From: Eledone cirrhosa
Lineage: Eukaryota
Length of the DNA: 64,000 nt
Reading direction: 5' to 3'
Assembly (NCBI GenBank): GCA_964016885.1
Contig: OZ024746.1
Location: 61,814,001-61,878,000 of the forward strand
Shown here: piece after piece, positions 12,370 to 27,815 of the stretch
How positions within the stretch are numbered: the first letter of the stretch is position 1
Layout: the number at the start of each line of letters is the position of its first letter
The notes under the pieces: model-generated
What the model was told of the DNA's origin: nothing
Database searches by the model: none
Seen by the model: only the letters and a program-made list of their open reading frames with translations
Made by a program: the position numbers and the translations under genes

Positions 12370-13870
12370 GAGGGGGGGGGGGGGAGAATCGACCCAGTAC
12401 TGGAACGGTACATTTTTATCGATCTCGAAAGAATGAAAGGCAAAGTCGGCCGTAGTGGGAGTTGAACTCAGTATAATAATAATAATAATTGTTTCTACTT
12501 TTGGCACAAGGCCAGCAATTATCCCAGTGTATTACTGGTACTTTATTTTATCGACCCCGTAAGGATGAAAGGCAAAGTTAACCTCGGCGGGATTTGAACT
12601 CAGATCATAAAGTCAGTATAATAATAATAATAATAATGTGTACAATAATATTGTGTACAGTGCTCAGGTGCACTACAACTCATCAAAGGTGCATGTACAG
12701 TACATAGAATAATGTACAAATGTCAGGAAAGTGAACAGTGTATGAATCATGATATACATGTGTGTGCGAGTGTATGGAGGGGGATATCAGGTGTAGTGTC
12801 GGCGAATTTTAGGAAGCATGGAGGTTTTAAAGGATGCACTGTCTCGGCAGCTAACAACTGATGCAGGTAGTTTGATCCATGCTTCAGCAACTCTGAGAGT
12901 GAAAAAATGTTCTCGAAAGTCATGAGAGCGCAAAGAACCGATACGACTACCGCAAAGTATTTTATTCGATGTTCTAACGACCCTGCCAATTCGCTATCTA
13001 TTATCAATCATAACATAAATAAGAAACATATCGGTAGAGGGTCGGACGCCATGCTTTCCAGCATAGTTATGTCCCTTTACGATCTGAGTTCATATCCCGT
13101 CGAGGTTAACTTTACCTTTCATCCTTACGGGGTCGATAAAATAAAGTACCAGTAATGTACTGGGTAATTGCTGGCCTTGTGCCAAATGTAGAAACAATTA
13201 TAATATCAAATCCCGCCGAGGTCAACTTTGCCTTTCATCCTTACGGGTCGATAAAATAGAGTACCAGTAATACACTGTTATAATTGCTGGCCTTGTGCCA
13301 AAAGTAGAAACAATTATAATATTTATTTCTAACATAGGCTCAAGGCCAGCAATTTGGTGGGGGGGGGGGGGGGGAGAAGAAATTAGATTATACTAACCTC
13401 AGTGCGTTACTGGTACTTTATTTTATCGACCTCGGAAAGATGAAAGGTAAAGGTTGACCTCGATGAGATTTAAACTCAGAAGATAGAAATTCATAACTAA
13501 ATACCGCAAAATATTTTGTCCGGCGCTCTACCGATTCTGCCAACTCTAAGATTAATTGTAAATATTTGATTGTAATTACAACAAAATCCAAACCTACGCT
13601 TTAAAATTTATCAGCGAATACTCTTCAAGTGTATTGGCAGAACCAGTAGAGCATCAGATGAAATATACGGTGACGACACTTCACATCTTTAATTCAAATC
13701 CCACTTTAGTCAATACTGTATCTTTTTTTTTTTTTATAGGTCGATAAAATTTGTAATAAACTCCCGTATTTCCCGGCGCCGAAGACGCTTCGTCCTCCAG
13801 GGCACACCCTAATTTATCAGCAATGTACTGGGTAATTGCTGGCCTTGTGCCAAAAGTAGAAACAATTATT
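12370..13870. mobile_element. Cluster of family-1 SINE copies and fragments in both orientations
   Basis: Copies at ~12370, ~12488 (minus), ~13030, ~13206 (plus), ~13325 (minus), ~13820 (plus tail). Confidence 0.75.
12635..12930 (-). mobile_element. CR1-like LINE 3' end fragment
   Basis: Minus strand reads ..LRVAEAWIKLPASVVSCRDSASFKTSML (typical CR1 ORF2 C-terminus) then a 3' UTR ending in (ATT)n. Confidence 0.65.
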
Positions 13871-14282
13871 AGAGAAGATTGATAACTTGGAAATAACAAA
13901 CATTTTAATTGGTCGTTAATTTGTCGGTAATTTGTTAACATGTTAATAGTCTTTCTGATATTGATTAGTTTTCTCTTGTTATTCACCACCTCCCACCCCA
14001 CACTCTTCCCAAGTAAATGAGTAAGTATTATTCACAGATCAGAGATCAATGCTAATAGCTACCACTATATCATTATAATCTTAACAGTAAATCTATAGTT
14101 CCATTACACCTATAAGTCAACCAGCATATAGTTACGGTCACTGCCATACCAGTATGGCCGTATCACACCCAATAAAGCTTCCTTTATACATATTTAACTA
14201 TCAGGACATTATTAAAAACACTAACATAACACTACAACCCAACCCCACCTATACTGCGACACAGACGTGGGAAGCTCTATAT

Positions 14283-14482
14283 CAGGCATGTCAAACACGT
14301 GGCCCTTTACAAGCACACATGCGGCCCGCACAAAGGTTTTTACAGCGCAAGCATGTTTTATCTTCGTAATATAAAATTTTAAAAATTAGTTGTAATTTGC
14401 GCAATTAATTGTCGTCTGTGGCCCTCAGATAACACATATGTGACCTATGTAGCCCTCGGGGACCCCCAGTTTGAGATGCCTG
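14283..14482. mobile_element. hAT-type MITE
   Basis: TIR CAGGCATGTCAAAC / GTTTGAGATGCCTG (13/14); perfect 8-bp TSD CTCTATAT. Confidence 0.92.
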
Positions 14483-15189
14483 CTCTATATGGTCTTTTGA
14501 CCTTTTATAAATTTCATTAAAATCTCTTTTTAATCATACCCTGCCGTTTTACAAAAGTAGGAAACATTGGACAATACAGTTTCGAATACTTTGTGCCTGG
14601 AAAAATAAGAGACGTAATAGTCTTAACTAGAACCGTAGATCTACTGAATTGGACCTGCCAACCTCTAAAAACCCAAACAGGGAGGCTAGTATGCATGGGC
14701 GACTGCTTGTCTTCCTAAAAAAACCCCACCTTGCCTGGGTTTGTGGCCCGGAAGGAAAACCTTTACTCTCTGTAGGATGCTGACCTCTATGAGATATTTT
14801 CCCCTGAGCCTTATTCAGTCCTGGCAACCTCTAAAAACCCAAACGGGGAGTACTATGAAAAAAAATGCCTCCAAAAGGGGAGAAATGAGGCAAAATGGGG
14901 AGATTTACACAACCAAATCTATACCCATTTCCACAAGAGAAGACATCTCTCCTCCACCCCAAAGTGGGTGGGAGAATTAACAGGTCTGCTACAACCCAAT
15001 CCCATATACTCTAACACAGTCGTGGGAAGATGTTTATGATCTTTTGACTTTTTATAAATTCAATTAAAATCTCCTTTTATTCACGCCCTAACGTTTTACA
15101 GAAGTAGGACACATTAGACAATGCAGTTTCGACGTAATTGTTATGACTGGAACCATCGATCTGTTCAAAATGGAGATGATCTGGAACAA

Positions 15190-15545
15190 AACAAAAGCAC
15201 CTCAGCTTTCGATGGATTAACATATCACAACTCACTATTCGGTATAGGTCGATGCTTTATCCTTTGAGAGGGATATATGCCGGCCTCGCATGCATATCTG
15301 TCGTTGTACGTAAGAGGAGAGTAAGATTTGTTGGTCACTGCCATCGTACCACCCGTGAGGCTGTGTCCCCATTAGTGCTTTGGAAACCACAAGCAGTCTC
15401 TAATAACAGGGGGCGCAAGCTCTCCTACTCCGATGTCATCTCCAGAGATTCTGGTATTGAAATCCAGGACTTGGCAACGGCAAAGAAACGACAGACCCAC
15501 GTGGAGATCAATTGTTGAGTCGATTTCGGCTGAGGCCACCGGATG

Positions 15546-15577
<32 letters not shown>

Positions 15578-15606
15578 GATGATGACGATGATGATAATGA
15601 TGATGA
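15190..15606 (+). mobile_element. RTE/RTEX LINE 3' end with (GAT)n tail
   Basis: RKRRVRFVGHCHR..LVLWKP..RGRK motif in ORF 15252-15518, followed by GAT repeats. Confidence 0.75.
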
Positions 15607-16650
15607 TCTATTTTGTTATTGCGATGTCGGCTGTAATTTCCTTCTTTTTGGAATACATTTCTATTTGTCTGACTTTTCTTTCAGTAAACACAGAGTTTGG
15701 ATGACACCGTATCTCTCAGGATTCCTACATTATTTGTCCAGCTTCCAACGTTTCTAATTAAGGTTATGATCTTTAGCAGTTAGGCTGGGTTGGTAGAAGA
15801 GATATAATTAATTCGATTCCCTTACACCGAGCATTTATAACTCTATCACAACACAAGGTCAAATGATATATGATGGTATTTGATGCAGGAACTGTGAAGG
15901 AAGCGATCATTATAAGTCAGCCTAGATGGTTAACAGATTCCGATTAGGATATTTCTTTCAGAGTTCTTGAAGTATGTTTGTCTATTTGAAAATAATCCAA
16001 CACATCATTAATTGAAGCCAGTTCTCTGTATCAAACATGGTTCTTTAACATGTAAGCCGTCACACTATGAAAACATTACTCAGATACCATATGGAAACAT
16101 TTAGTTTCGACTCTCTAGGTTCTAGAATAAAATCTAGTTTTCACCCCCCACCCACGGAGTCGATACAGTAAGTCGCAGTAACAATATGCTCAATAATATA
16201 ATGGTTTTTGATTTAGGCACAAGGCCAGCAATTTTGTGGAAGGGGAAAGTCGATCAAATCGATCCCAGTGTATTGCTGGTACTTTATTTTATCGACCCTG
16301 TAAGGATGAAAGGCAAAGTTAACCCCGACAGGATTTGAACTCAGCACGTAAATGGCCATAACTCTGTGCCACTAAGTATGTTATCCGGTGCTCTACCGAT
16401 ACTGTCAATCCCGAATTTTAAACTCTACATTTAAAATGATCAATATGATCCACCTTGATCGAGTCCTTTCTCAGTAGCCCCACCACTCGACAGCTCACAG
16501 AAATGGACGCATTCAGCTGTCAGTAACCGGGACCCTCTCTGTGAACCCTTCTAAGTCGATGGTACAGGTCACAAACTTGTGGTTTGTGTAGTCGACTATT
16601 CTGAATTATGGACAGCTTATATTAGCCTCATCTATTTTCCTACAAAATAC

Positions 16651-16976
16651 CTTATCTAGATACGACCCGGATGACCTGATGTGGTTTGTCCATGTCCACA
16701 TTGGCGCATTCGGGAAATCCAGTCGGTACTTTGTCAGACAATTGGAAATGTCTGACAAAGCGATGTATTTGCGATGTATCTACACTTTCCTCCTCTACCT
16801 GCAAGCCTCACAATCTCAGCGTTCGTCTCAGCTACCTTTCCAGTCGTCTACTAACACTAATGAGCGGGACGTTCCGAGAAATGTCTTAAGGTGCCTGAAG
16901 ACATCAGCCCATCTAACCCCTGTCGGGGCATAAGGCAGCCACTATAGTCTGAAAGCACACCCTTCGCTGTTGGAAT
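16651..16976 (-). other. Candidate host exon (possibly 5' UTR plus start of CDS)
   Basis: Non-repetitive, GC-richer segment with long pyrimidine tract + TTCTAG acceptor and AAG|GTATTT donor; ends in frame MWTWTNHIRSSGSYLDK. Confidence 0.3.
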
Positions 16977-17088
16977 CTAGAATGAGAGAGAGAAGAAGAA
17001 AAAGAAAGAGAGACAAGAGTAAGAATAGAACGAAAACGAGAAAAAAAACAACCTTTCATGGGGAAAACACGTGTGATGTTAGTCAGCC

Positions 17089-17119
<31 letters not shown>

Positions 17120-17121
<2 letters not shown>

Positions 17122-17528
17122 CAAAACCTGACAAAGGGCGGAAGAACTCATAAGGGTCAACGGCCATCCAAAAGTGTGTAAGTATGTATATACACATGTA
17201 CATATGTATGTATATGTATATGTGTATATACATGGGTGCATGTGTATGTATATGCGCGGGGACATAGAAATAGTCGGGATGGACACCCGATCGCGCGGTT
17301 AAACCACTGGGAGTGAAGGACCCCTAGCCTTTCTCAGGGCATTCTTCTAGGAGAAGGCAACTCAGGAACCTGGGATAACTCCGATATAAAACCTGCGGCT
17401 CAGTAGTTACCGATGATGTTGATCTTTTCTTCTTTTCGGGTTTTAGCTACTGTCGCTCAGAGAGTGGGATTGGTTCAGTGCACAGTCTTTCCTCACCTTA
17501 AAAAGTATCTTCACGCACAAGCATTGCA
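17120..17528 (+). mobile_element. RTE-type 5' UTR-derived repeat following (ATGT)n
   Basis: AAAACCTG(A/T)CAAAGGG..CTAGGAGAAGG..GCACA(A/G)GCATTGC blocks shared with 17881 and (partly) 24501. Confidence 0.55.
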
Positions 17529-17880
17529 CGATAGAATTAATTAATTGCTTCTACTTTTGGCACAAGGCCAGCAATTACCCAGTGCATTACTGGTACTTTA
17601 TTTTATCGACCCCGTAAGGATGAAAGGCAAAGTTAACATCGGCGGGATTTGAACTCAGAATGGCAAGGGCCGTAACTATGCATCAAAGCACGATAGAATT
17701 AATTAATAATTATTAATAATGGTATATCGTGCAATGGCCAAACTCGATAACGAGGGGGCAGCCATCATCATGTATGTATGTATGTATGTATGTATGTATG
17801 TATGTATGTATGTATGTATGTATGTATATATGTATGTATGTATGTGTATGTATGTATGTATGTCTGTATGTATGTATGTA

Positions 17881-18458
17881 TGTATCCCAGTACAACCTGT
17901 CTCATGGTCGGGTCGTTGGCGACTAAACTGGCAATCCCACCAAGGTTTCTTGGTGAGGAGGGTGACTTTGGACATCCTGCAGGACTAAAAACAAAACCTG
18001 TCAAAGGGCAAAGGAGCTCTTAAGAGTCAATGGCCATCCAAAATCACGGGGAGAGATGACCACTTAGCCTTTGTCAAGGCAGAATTCTAGGAGAAGGAAA
18101 ACTCTGATATAACACCTGCAACCCTGATGGTATCCAATGATGTTGACTTGTTCTTCTTTTTGGTAAATATCATCTTGGTTAAGAGACTGAGACTGGCTTT
18201 GTGCAGTGCCTTTGCTCACTATAAAAGCTTCACAGCACAGGCATTGCTTTATATCTGGAGATCTCTCTACACTTGTCGTCACATGGTACCATGGGCCCAG
18301 CACTATGTGTCAATAATTGTCACAAGTGTAGTGTTTATACCAGAGTTTTCAAATCGCTGGCTGGACTAAAAAGTCAAACACATTCAGCGCATCGGTAGGG
18401 GTTCTCCTACATGGATATAAAGTAGTGGCCGTACTCGAAAACGAATTGGCAGCCACCA
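17881..18458 (+). mobile_element. Bipartite non-autonomous RTE (5' UTR fused to 3' end) with (ATGT)n tail
   Basis: CTAGGAGAAGGAAAACTCTGA 5' UTR motif, then a C2H2 remnant (CSVYTRVFKSLAGLKSQ) and 3' UTR GTGGCCGTACTCGAAAACGA..CACCATG(TATG)n. Confidence 0.65.
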
Positions 18459-18819
18459 TGTATGTATGTATGTATGTATGTATGTATGTATGTATGTATG
18501 TATGTATGTATGTATGTATGTATGTATGTATGTATGTATGTATGTACGTACGTACGTATGTGCAAGGTCTTTCCCCACTTAAAAAAACTTTCAAAGCACA
18601 GGCATTGCTTGTTCAGGATATGTTACAGGTTTGTGTGGCTGGCCGTAGCCTAAAAGTGAACCAAACTCTATAATTTGACAAGCGATTGCAATACTCTTAG
18701 CAGAGTTTGCAGTCATCATGTATGTATGTATATATGTATGTATGTATGTATGTATGTTGTATGTATGTATACACACGCAAACACACACACACATGTGTGT
18801 TTGTGTGTATGTATAAGCA

Positions 18820-18865
<46 letters not shown>

Positions 18866-19201
18866 GAATATAATCAGTGTGTATACTGTTCAGTATATAG
18901 CCATTGATCACAATTAAAAAAAAAAAAAATAAAGTTAATAATTCGATGATGCGATAGAAATCTGATGACTGTCGTCTGCTCAATATAGAATACCAGGATG
19001 TTCATGTCATCTTGTTCAATGGCACCAATTTCTCTTTCTCTGTTCTAACCATTTATACACTATTATACACCATCACTCGTTATCGGATTGTGTTCTAAGA
19101 TGTTTCATCAGATATTCCTGTCCCATGGGCTGGTGGTGGTGAGGGGGGGGAGAGGGTTAGAATTAGTGATAGAACTAAAACAAAGTGAAATAGCAAATAA
19201 T

Positions 19202-19285
<84 letters not shown>

Positions 19286-20558
19286 AATAAATAAATATAT
19301 GAAAAGAAAATAATCACACAGACACAGACATACACAAACACACAGACATACACACACAGCCACACACACACACACAGACATACACACACAGCCACACACA
19401 CACACATACATACACCCACAGCCACACACACACCCACACACAACCACATACACACACAGCCACACACACACATACATACACCCACAGCCACACCCACACC
19501 CACACACAACCACACACACACATACACACACAGCCATACACACACACACACATATACTATTATTTGACAGTAAAAGATGTTCCTTGACAACGGACAATAT
19601 TTTACTGTTAAATTCATCAAGCGTAACAAGTGTGCAAACAGTCGGAACTATATACTAGAATGGTAAGTACAGATATCTGGCATTAGTGTGTACTAATCAC
19701 AACAACAGGCAGAAGATCAAAGGGAGCGAACGAAATCAATAAATATTTATTAATTATATTTACTCAAAACAGCAGAACAGAAGTAATAAAGCGAACTGGT
19801 TATAGAAAGCAATTTAATGTGGCGAAATCTCAGCAGTAAACCACTTCCAAAGACTTTGTCTTGTTATTGGTTTCAATTTGAGGTTTACGATGGCAGTAGA
19901 CCGAGTGGAAAAGCAGAAGTATGAAATCGATTAATTTGGGCACATTTCCAGCGTTCACCATCAGCCAATGACCATTAGTCGGGAAGTATTACCTTCACTA
20001 TTTCCTCTTTGACAAACGTTCGCTGTGGTGAAGAAAGCAGCTGAATTGAAACGACAGTCTTTCAATTGCTGTTACTGACTTCGTTAATGTGATGTTTCTA
20101 TTTCTAAATATACACAACACTTCACATTCACCAACGAGGCAAGTGTTATTGGTTTGTAAGGATTTGATTGGTTTGTAAGAATGACAGTAGGCTAATACAG
20201 GATAGTGTTAGTCACCTGGTTTACTGATTCCACACTTCGCTTTAACTGGCTCAGTCGAAACACATGGCAACATACATACACATACACATACACACAGACA
20301 CATACATACATGCAGAGATCCATATACATATAAATATGTGAAATCTGAATCCTCAAATCTGAAGTCTTTGGAGTACGGTAAGTGATAACAACATCGACTC
20401 CAAAACATTTTGAAATCTGTATGATAGTACAAGGAAACAATCTGTGAGTAAAGCTAAAAAAAGAAAAAAAAAATTATTCGAGAAAGATTTTCTTCTAAAG
20501 CCCGCCAAAATACAATTTGTAGAAAACTAGTTAATCTGAAGGCAGTTATGAAATTTCG

Positions 20559-20821
20559 TTTTGTTAAACCGATTTGTTTAACCGCTTTGTTAAACCCCTT
20601 TGTTAAACCGATTTGTTAAACCGCTTTGTTAAACCGCTTTGTTAAACCGATTTGCTAAACCGTTTTGTTAAACCGATTTGTTAAACCGATGTGTTAAACT
20701 GTTTTGTTAAACCGATTTGTTAAAGCGATGTGTTAAACCGCTTTGTTAAACTGCTTTGTTAAACTGCTTTGTTAAACTGCTTTGTTAAACTGCTTTGTTA
20801 AATCGATTTGTTAAACCGATT
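20559..20821. repeat. ~12-bp tandem repeat TTGTTAAAC(C/T)G(A/C)T, ~21 copies
   Basis: Direct reading. Confidence 0.9.
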
Positions 20822-21937
20822 TATCTGCTGTTAAACTTTTTCAAAGATTGTGTTAAAAAAGAAAACAGAATAAATAACTCAAAATTACCAGTATATCGAA
20901 ATAACCAACGAGCTGTTAATTCTCATCTGATCCACGCAATAACTCATGAATCAACAATCTTAATCCAGGAAATTTCTTCCTTTATTTATGTTTTTCTGCT
21001 CTTCTCCTAATAATGTCAATCTACCATAATAGCCGTCACATGGCGCCACTAGCGTCTTTTCACCTCAAATTCGCTTCTCTATACAGAAACCACGTCCCAA
21101 TTAATAAACGTGCTCTTCTTATTCTGACAAGAGTAACACACAGTTGGATCTGTTAGACTATTTAGTTATTTCACTTTTATTTGCCACGTTTGTTGCAAGT
21201 GTGTTCTGAAGTAGATATATCTTTGATGTGCAGAAGAATGATTTCCAATAAAAGCCTTACCTGCATCGTTTTAAAACAGAATATCAACGTGCTATATAAC
21301 GCTTCGATCAGGAAGACTACATAATAGAACAGACGATCTGTTCTGAATGAGTGACTATCCGGGTAATAGTGTAAGATTTATCGTAAATGATGGGGGTGAA
21401 ACGTGATGGTGAAAAATAATGAGCTCTGTCAGATTTTAATTTTTATCAGCCATGTTGTAAACGTGTAAACATTATACGATTTAAGAAAGAAAATAAAGAT
21501 ACTGAATAATGGGCGCTTGCATCAGACTAAACAGTGTTCTACGTCTTGCGTTATTGTTGCTGATGTTTAACCCCAGGTCATTTCTGACTGAGCCGACCTT
21601 CGATCAAACGCATTTCATTCGTGTCTACCCCGTTTTATTTATTCAGAGAGTATATCTAAGATTATACTTTCGAATATATACTTCCTTGGTTTTTACATTA
21701 CTCTATATTTACTATTGTATTTTCGCAGTAAAGGCTTTACCTCACATAATATCTTACATAATATTGAATCTATGAGATTTTGATATTATTTATTTTGAGA
21801 ACAATACCTTTACATAAGTATGAGTTGCTGGTTACAGCCGGTTTGAACAGAAAGGGGTGAGAGAATTTTGGTCGGATATGGCCGGTTTAAATGCTAAAGA
21901 GTTCAAGGAGAAGGTAGTTTATACCCCGAGTAATAAT

Positions 21938-22350
21938 AATTTCTAATATAAGCACAAGGCCAGCAAATTATGGGGAGGGGAAAGTTGATTATATCGACCT
22001 CAGTACCTTACCGGTACTTTATTTTATTGAGCCCAGAAAGTTGAGAGGCAAAGTTGACCTCTGCAGGATTCGAACCCAAAACGTAAAGAGACGTAACTAA
22101 ATACCGCAAAGTATTTTGTCCGACGTTCTAACTACTCTGCCGATAGACCACTCTCTATACATCTAGTAATAATTGTTTCTACTTTTGGCACAAGGCCAGC
22201 AATTACCCAGTGCATTACTGGTACTTTATTTTATCGACCCCGTAAGGATGAAAGGCAAAGCTAACCTCGGCGGGATTTGAACTCAGCACGTAAAGGGACG
22301 TAACTATATACAGTTAAGCATGTTGTCCTACGCTCTACCGATACAGTCAA
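21938..22350 (-). mobile_element. Two tandem family-1 SINEs
   Basis: Same motifs as other copies. Confidence 0.8.
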
Positions 22351-23112
22351 TTAGTCAAGGGTGGAGAAAATTTGGGGAACAATCTAGAGATAAGCTCTTG
22401 AATTTCAATCCTTCACTTTCTCGACCAGATCTGACAACATTTAAAACATCAAACACTGAGCAATGTTAATAAAAACAAAACTAGGCTGGCTTTAAACTGG
22501 ACATATACCATTGAACTACATTTTATCATGAACTGGTCATAGAGAATCACCTCTATGTTCTTATGGTGACTTCCCAGAAACTCTTTGGCACTATTTGTTC
22601 CAATGTAAAAACTATCAGTCTGATAGAGTGTACATCTTTAAGGCAATCATTAAAAAAGTACCAAGATTGGAGATGCAGTATATTGTAAAAGATCTACCAG
22701 CAATAAACAAAATCCATGTGTACTTGGTGGTTACGAAAAGAATTAACAACAGAATCTTCTAGCAATTTTCCATCTTTTTAAAAATCATTTTAATGCTTAT
22801 TTTACCTCCCGTTGACTTACCTATTTCATTTTTATTTTTTATTTTTATATTCACTTAATCTATCTATCTTGTTTTTTGGTTTCTCAATTGTAAAAAGAAA
22901 TAGATACTTCCCCTAGTCTGTCATGGTTTACTAGCTCTATACAGACGTTCAAATTGATTAAATAAATATGTATGTATGTAAGTTCTGGTTTTATTTCATA
23001 AATTTTCCCCACAGAGAGAGAATATATAAATTTCACGACAGTAAGAGAACAAATATATATAAGATTTAGTAGGTTATAAGTCCTACCTTAATGGACTGGA
23101 ATAGTAATGTGT

Positions 23113-23187
<75 letters not shown>

Positions 23188-23210
23188 CATATATATGTAT
23201 ATATATATAT

Positions 23211-23612
23211 GGTATTAGGATTGGTGCTCTGAAATAGCGATGTATACATAAATGTATGCATAGTATATTTGGCAATTTACCGTATGTTTAATTAAAAACA
23301 TTTAGAGGACCATACGCTATCAGTTTTAAAGTAGTGACTATGTCACTTACTTCTTTTCGGCGAAAGAGGGGAGAGAAGTTAACAGTCTGTTTCACGCTGG
23401 CTGGCGATCACCAGAGCCACGCACCCCTACTTCCGCCGAAAATTATAGAAGATGGATTCTTATAGAATTCCAGTAATAATCTGGAGCTGATTACACAGAG
23501 CGATTGCCGGTCCAACAAAAATTAGGTATTAGTATTGGTGTTCTGAAATAGCGATGTATACATGAATGTATGTATAGTATATTTGGCAATATATTGTATG
23601 TTTAATTAAAAT
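23211..23612 (-). mobile_element. HHR-bearing element family E copy 1 (314-bp unit plus partial tandem repeat), in TA tract
   Basis: GGTATTAG(G/T)ATTGGTG..CTGAAATAGCG repeated at 23211 and 23525; HHR-like GGCT-CTGGTGA-TCGC..GCGT-GAAAC-AGACT-GTT on minus 23377-23418. Confidence 0.65.
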
Positions 23613-23650
23613 ATGCTTAATATGTATATATATATATATGCATATATATA

Positions 23651-23986
<336 letters not shown>

Positions 23987-23988
<2 letters not shown>

Positions 23989-24167
23989 TTCGGTTTTGAA
24001 TTTGTTACAGAATGTGTGACGAAAGAGCTTTGACAATATATAAACAACAATCCGGTTATCGAACCAACCAACCAACCAGCCAATCGGAAATTTATAATAA
24101 ATTGAAGTGAAAACCAAGAGGTGCGTGTGTTTTTATTGGCAGCATGACCCTCCCAAAAGTATAACAA
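23987..24167. mobile_element. TA-embedded family F relative (inverted homologue of 38695-38935)
   Basis: Shared blocks CGAAAGAGCTTTGACAATAT, AATTTATAATAAATTGAAGTGAAA, CCC..AAGTATAACA. Confidence 0.55.
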
Positions 24168-24467
24168 TATATATATATATATATAATTTATTGAGTCTCA
24201 TCAAAATAGCACTGCACCATTCTCTGAGTTAATATTAGAAATAAATATTAATATTTATATATTACATTTATTAGAAATAAATGTAATATATATATATTAA
24301 TTATGTATGTATGTATTTATGTATGTATGTATGTATGTATGTATGTATGTATGTATGTATGTATGTATGTATGTATGTATGTATGTATGTATGCATGTAT
24401 GCATGTATGTATGTATGTATGTATGTATGTATTTATGTATGTATGCATGTATGCATGTATGCATGTA

Positions 24468-24968
24468 CTGTCAGGTCACCAATTGGTGCTACTGGTAACA
24501 TGTATCCCAGTACAACCTGTCTCATGGTCGGGTTGTTGGCGACTAAACTGGCAACCCCACTAAGGTTTCTTAGTGAGGAGAGTGACTGGACATCCTGCAG
24601 GACTAAAAACAAAACCTGTCAAGGGGAAAAGGAGCTCTTAAGAGTCAATGGTCATCCAAAATCACGGGGAGAGATGACCCCTTAGCCTTTGTCAAGGCAG
24701 AATTCTAGGAGAAGGAAAACTCTGATATAACACCTGCAACCCTGATAGTATCCAATGATGTTGACTTTTGGTAAATATCATCTTGGTTAAGAGAGTGGGA
24801 CTGGCTTTGCACTATGTGTCAATAATTGTCACAAGTGTAGTGTTTGTACCAGAGTTTTTAAGTCGCTGGCTGGACTAAAAAGTCACACTCGTTCAGCGCA
24901 TCGGTAGGGTATCTCCAACATGGATATAAGGTAGTGGCCGTACTCGAAAACGAGTTGGCAGTCACCAT
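24468..24968 (+). mobile_element. Second copy of bipartite non-autonomous RTE
   Basis: Near-identical to 17881-18458 with a shorter junction; encodes CSVCTRVFKSLAGLKSHTRS (C2H2). Confidence 0.7.
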
Positions 24969-25056
24969 GCAGGTATGTATGCATGATGTGCTAACGTTAC
25001 TTTTGCGTATATTGCATGTATATATGAATATTTTCAATTTTACATTTCCTCATCGT

Positions 25057-27430
25057 ACACACACAACTATATAGATACATACACACATATATATTCACAA
25101 ACTCATATACACATATATGCACACATGCACACATACACACATACACACAACTATATAGATATACACACACATATTCACAAACTCATATACTCATTCATAT
25201 ATGCACACATGCACACATACACACATACACACATACACACAACTATATAGATATACACACACATATTCACAAACTCATATACTCATTCATATATGCACAC
25301 TTGCACACATACACACATACACACATACACACAACTATATAGATATACACACACATATTCACAAGCTCATATACTCATTCATATATGCACACATGCACGC
25401 ATGCACACATACACACATACACACAACTATATAGATATACACACACATTCAAAAACTCATATACTCATTCATATATGCACACATGCACACATACACACAT
25501 ACACACATACACACAACTATATAGATATACACACACATATTCACAAACTCATATACTCATTCACATATGCACACTTGCACACATACACACATACACACAT
25601 ACACACAACTATATAGATATACACACACATATTCACAAACTCATATACTCATTCATATATGCACACATGCACACATACACACATACACACATACACACAT
25701 ACACACAACTATATAGATATACACACACATATTCCCAAACTCATATACAGATATATGCACACACACACATACACACATACACACATACACATACACATAC
25801 ATACACAACTATATAGATATACACACACATATTCACAAACTCATATATGCACATATATGCACACATGCACACATGCACACATACACACATACACACAACT
25901 ATATAGATATACACACACATATTCAAAAACTCATATACACATATATGCACACATGCACACACACACACATACACACATACACACATACACACAACTATAT
26001 AGATATACACACACATATTCCCAAACTCATATACAGATATATGCACACACACACATACACACATACACACATACACATACACATACATACACAACTATAT
26101 AGATATACACACACATATTCACAAACTCATATATGCACATATATGCACACATGCACACATGCACACATACACACATACACACAACTATATAGATATACAC
26201 ACACATATTCCCAAACTCATATACAGATATATGCACACACACACACATGCACACATACACACATACACACAACTATATAGATATACACACACATATTCCC
26301 AAACTCATATACACATATATGCACACATGCACACATGCACACATACACACATACACACAACTATATAGATATACACACACATATTCACAAACTCATATAC
26401 ACATATATGCACACATGCACACATGCACACATACACACATACACACAACTATATAGATATACACACACATATTCCCAAACTCATATACAGATATATGCAC
26501 ACACACACATACACACATACACACATACACATACACATACATACACAACTATATAGATATACACACACATATTCACAAACTCATATATGCACATATATGC
26601 ACACATGCACACATGCACACATACACACATACACACAACTATATAGATATACACACACATATTCAAAAACTCATATACACATATATGCACACATGCACAC
26701 ACACACACATACACACAACTATATAGATATACACACACATATTCCCAAACTCATATACAGATATATGCACACACACACATACACACATACACACATACAC
26801 ATACACATACATACACAACTATATAGATATACACACACATATTCACAAACTCATATATGCACATATATGCACACATGCACACATGCACACATACACACAT
26901 ACACACAACTATATAGATATACACACACATATTCCCAAACTCATATACAGATATATGCACACACACACACATGCACACATACACACATACACACAACTAT
27001 ATAGATATACACACACATATTCACAAACTCATATATGCACATATATGCACACATGCACACATGCACACATACACACATACACACGACTATATAGATACAC
27101 ACACACATATTCACAAACTCATATACAGATATATGCACACACACACATACACACATACACACATACACATACACATACATACACAACTATATAGATATAC
27201 ACACACATATTCACAAACTCATATATGCACATATATGCACACATGCACACATGCACACATACACACATACACACGACTATATAGATACACACACATATTC
27301 ACAAACTCATATACACACACATGCACACATGCACACATACACACATACACACATACACACAACTATATAGATATACACACACATATTCACAAACTCATAT
27401 ACACATATATGCACACATGCACACATACAC
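25057..27430. repeat. ~90-bp microsatellite-derived minisatellite (~26 units)
   Basis: Anchor CACAACTATATAGATATACACACACATATTC(A/C)CAAACTCATATA recurs with variable (ACACAT)n spacers. Confidence 0.9.
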
Positions 27431-27720
27431 AGAAATGTAGCTACTTGCTATTATCCATCGTGTCCAAGCTGGCGGTCAAAATACAGACAGGAAGACATAT
27501 TACGTGTGTGTCTGTTAACAATAAATACTGGTTGCTGTAGGCTGTAGTAGTATGTATGTCTGTAATATGTATGTCTATCTGTTGGCATGTATCTATCGAT
27601 AGGGACATCAATAATGATGAAGACTAACGAGAGGGACAAAAGGAAGAGAAGGAGGAGGTGATTAACACACGCCCACACATACATATATATACATACTTAC
27701 ATACGTACATACATACATAC

Positions 27721-27807
<87 letters not shown>

Positions 27808-27815
27808 TAAAGTTA

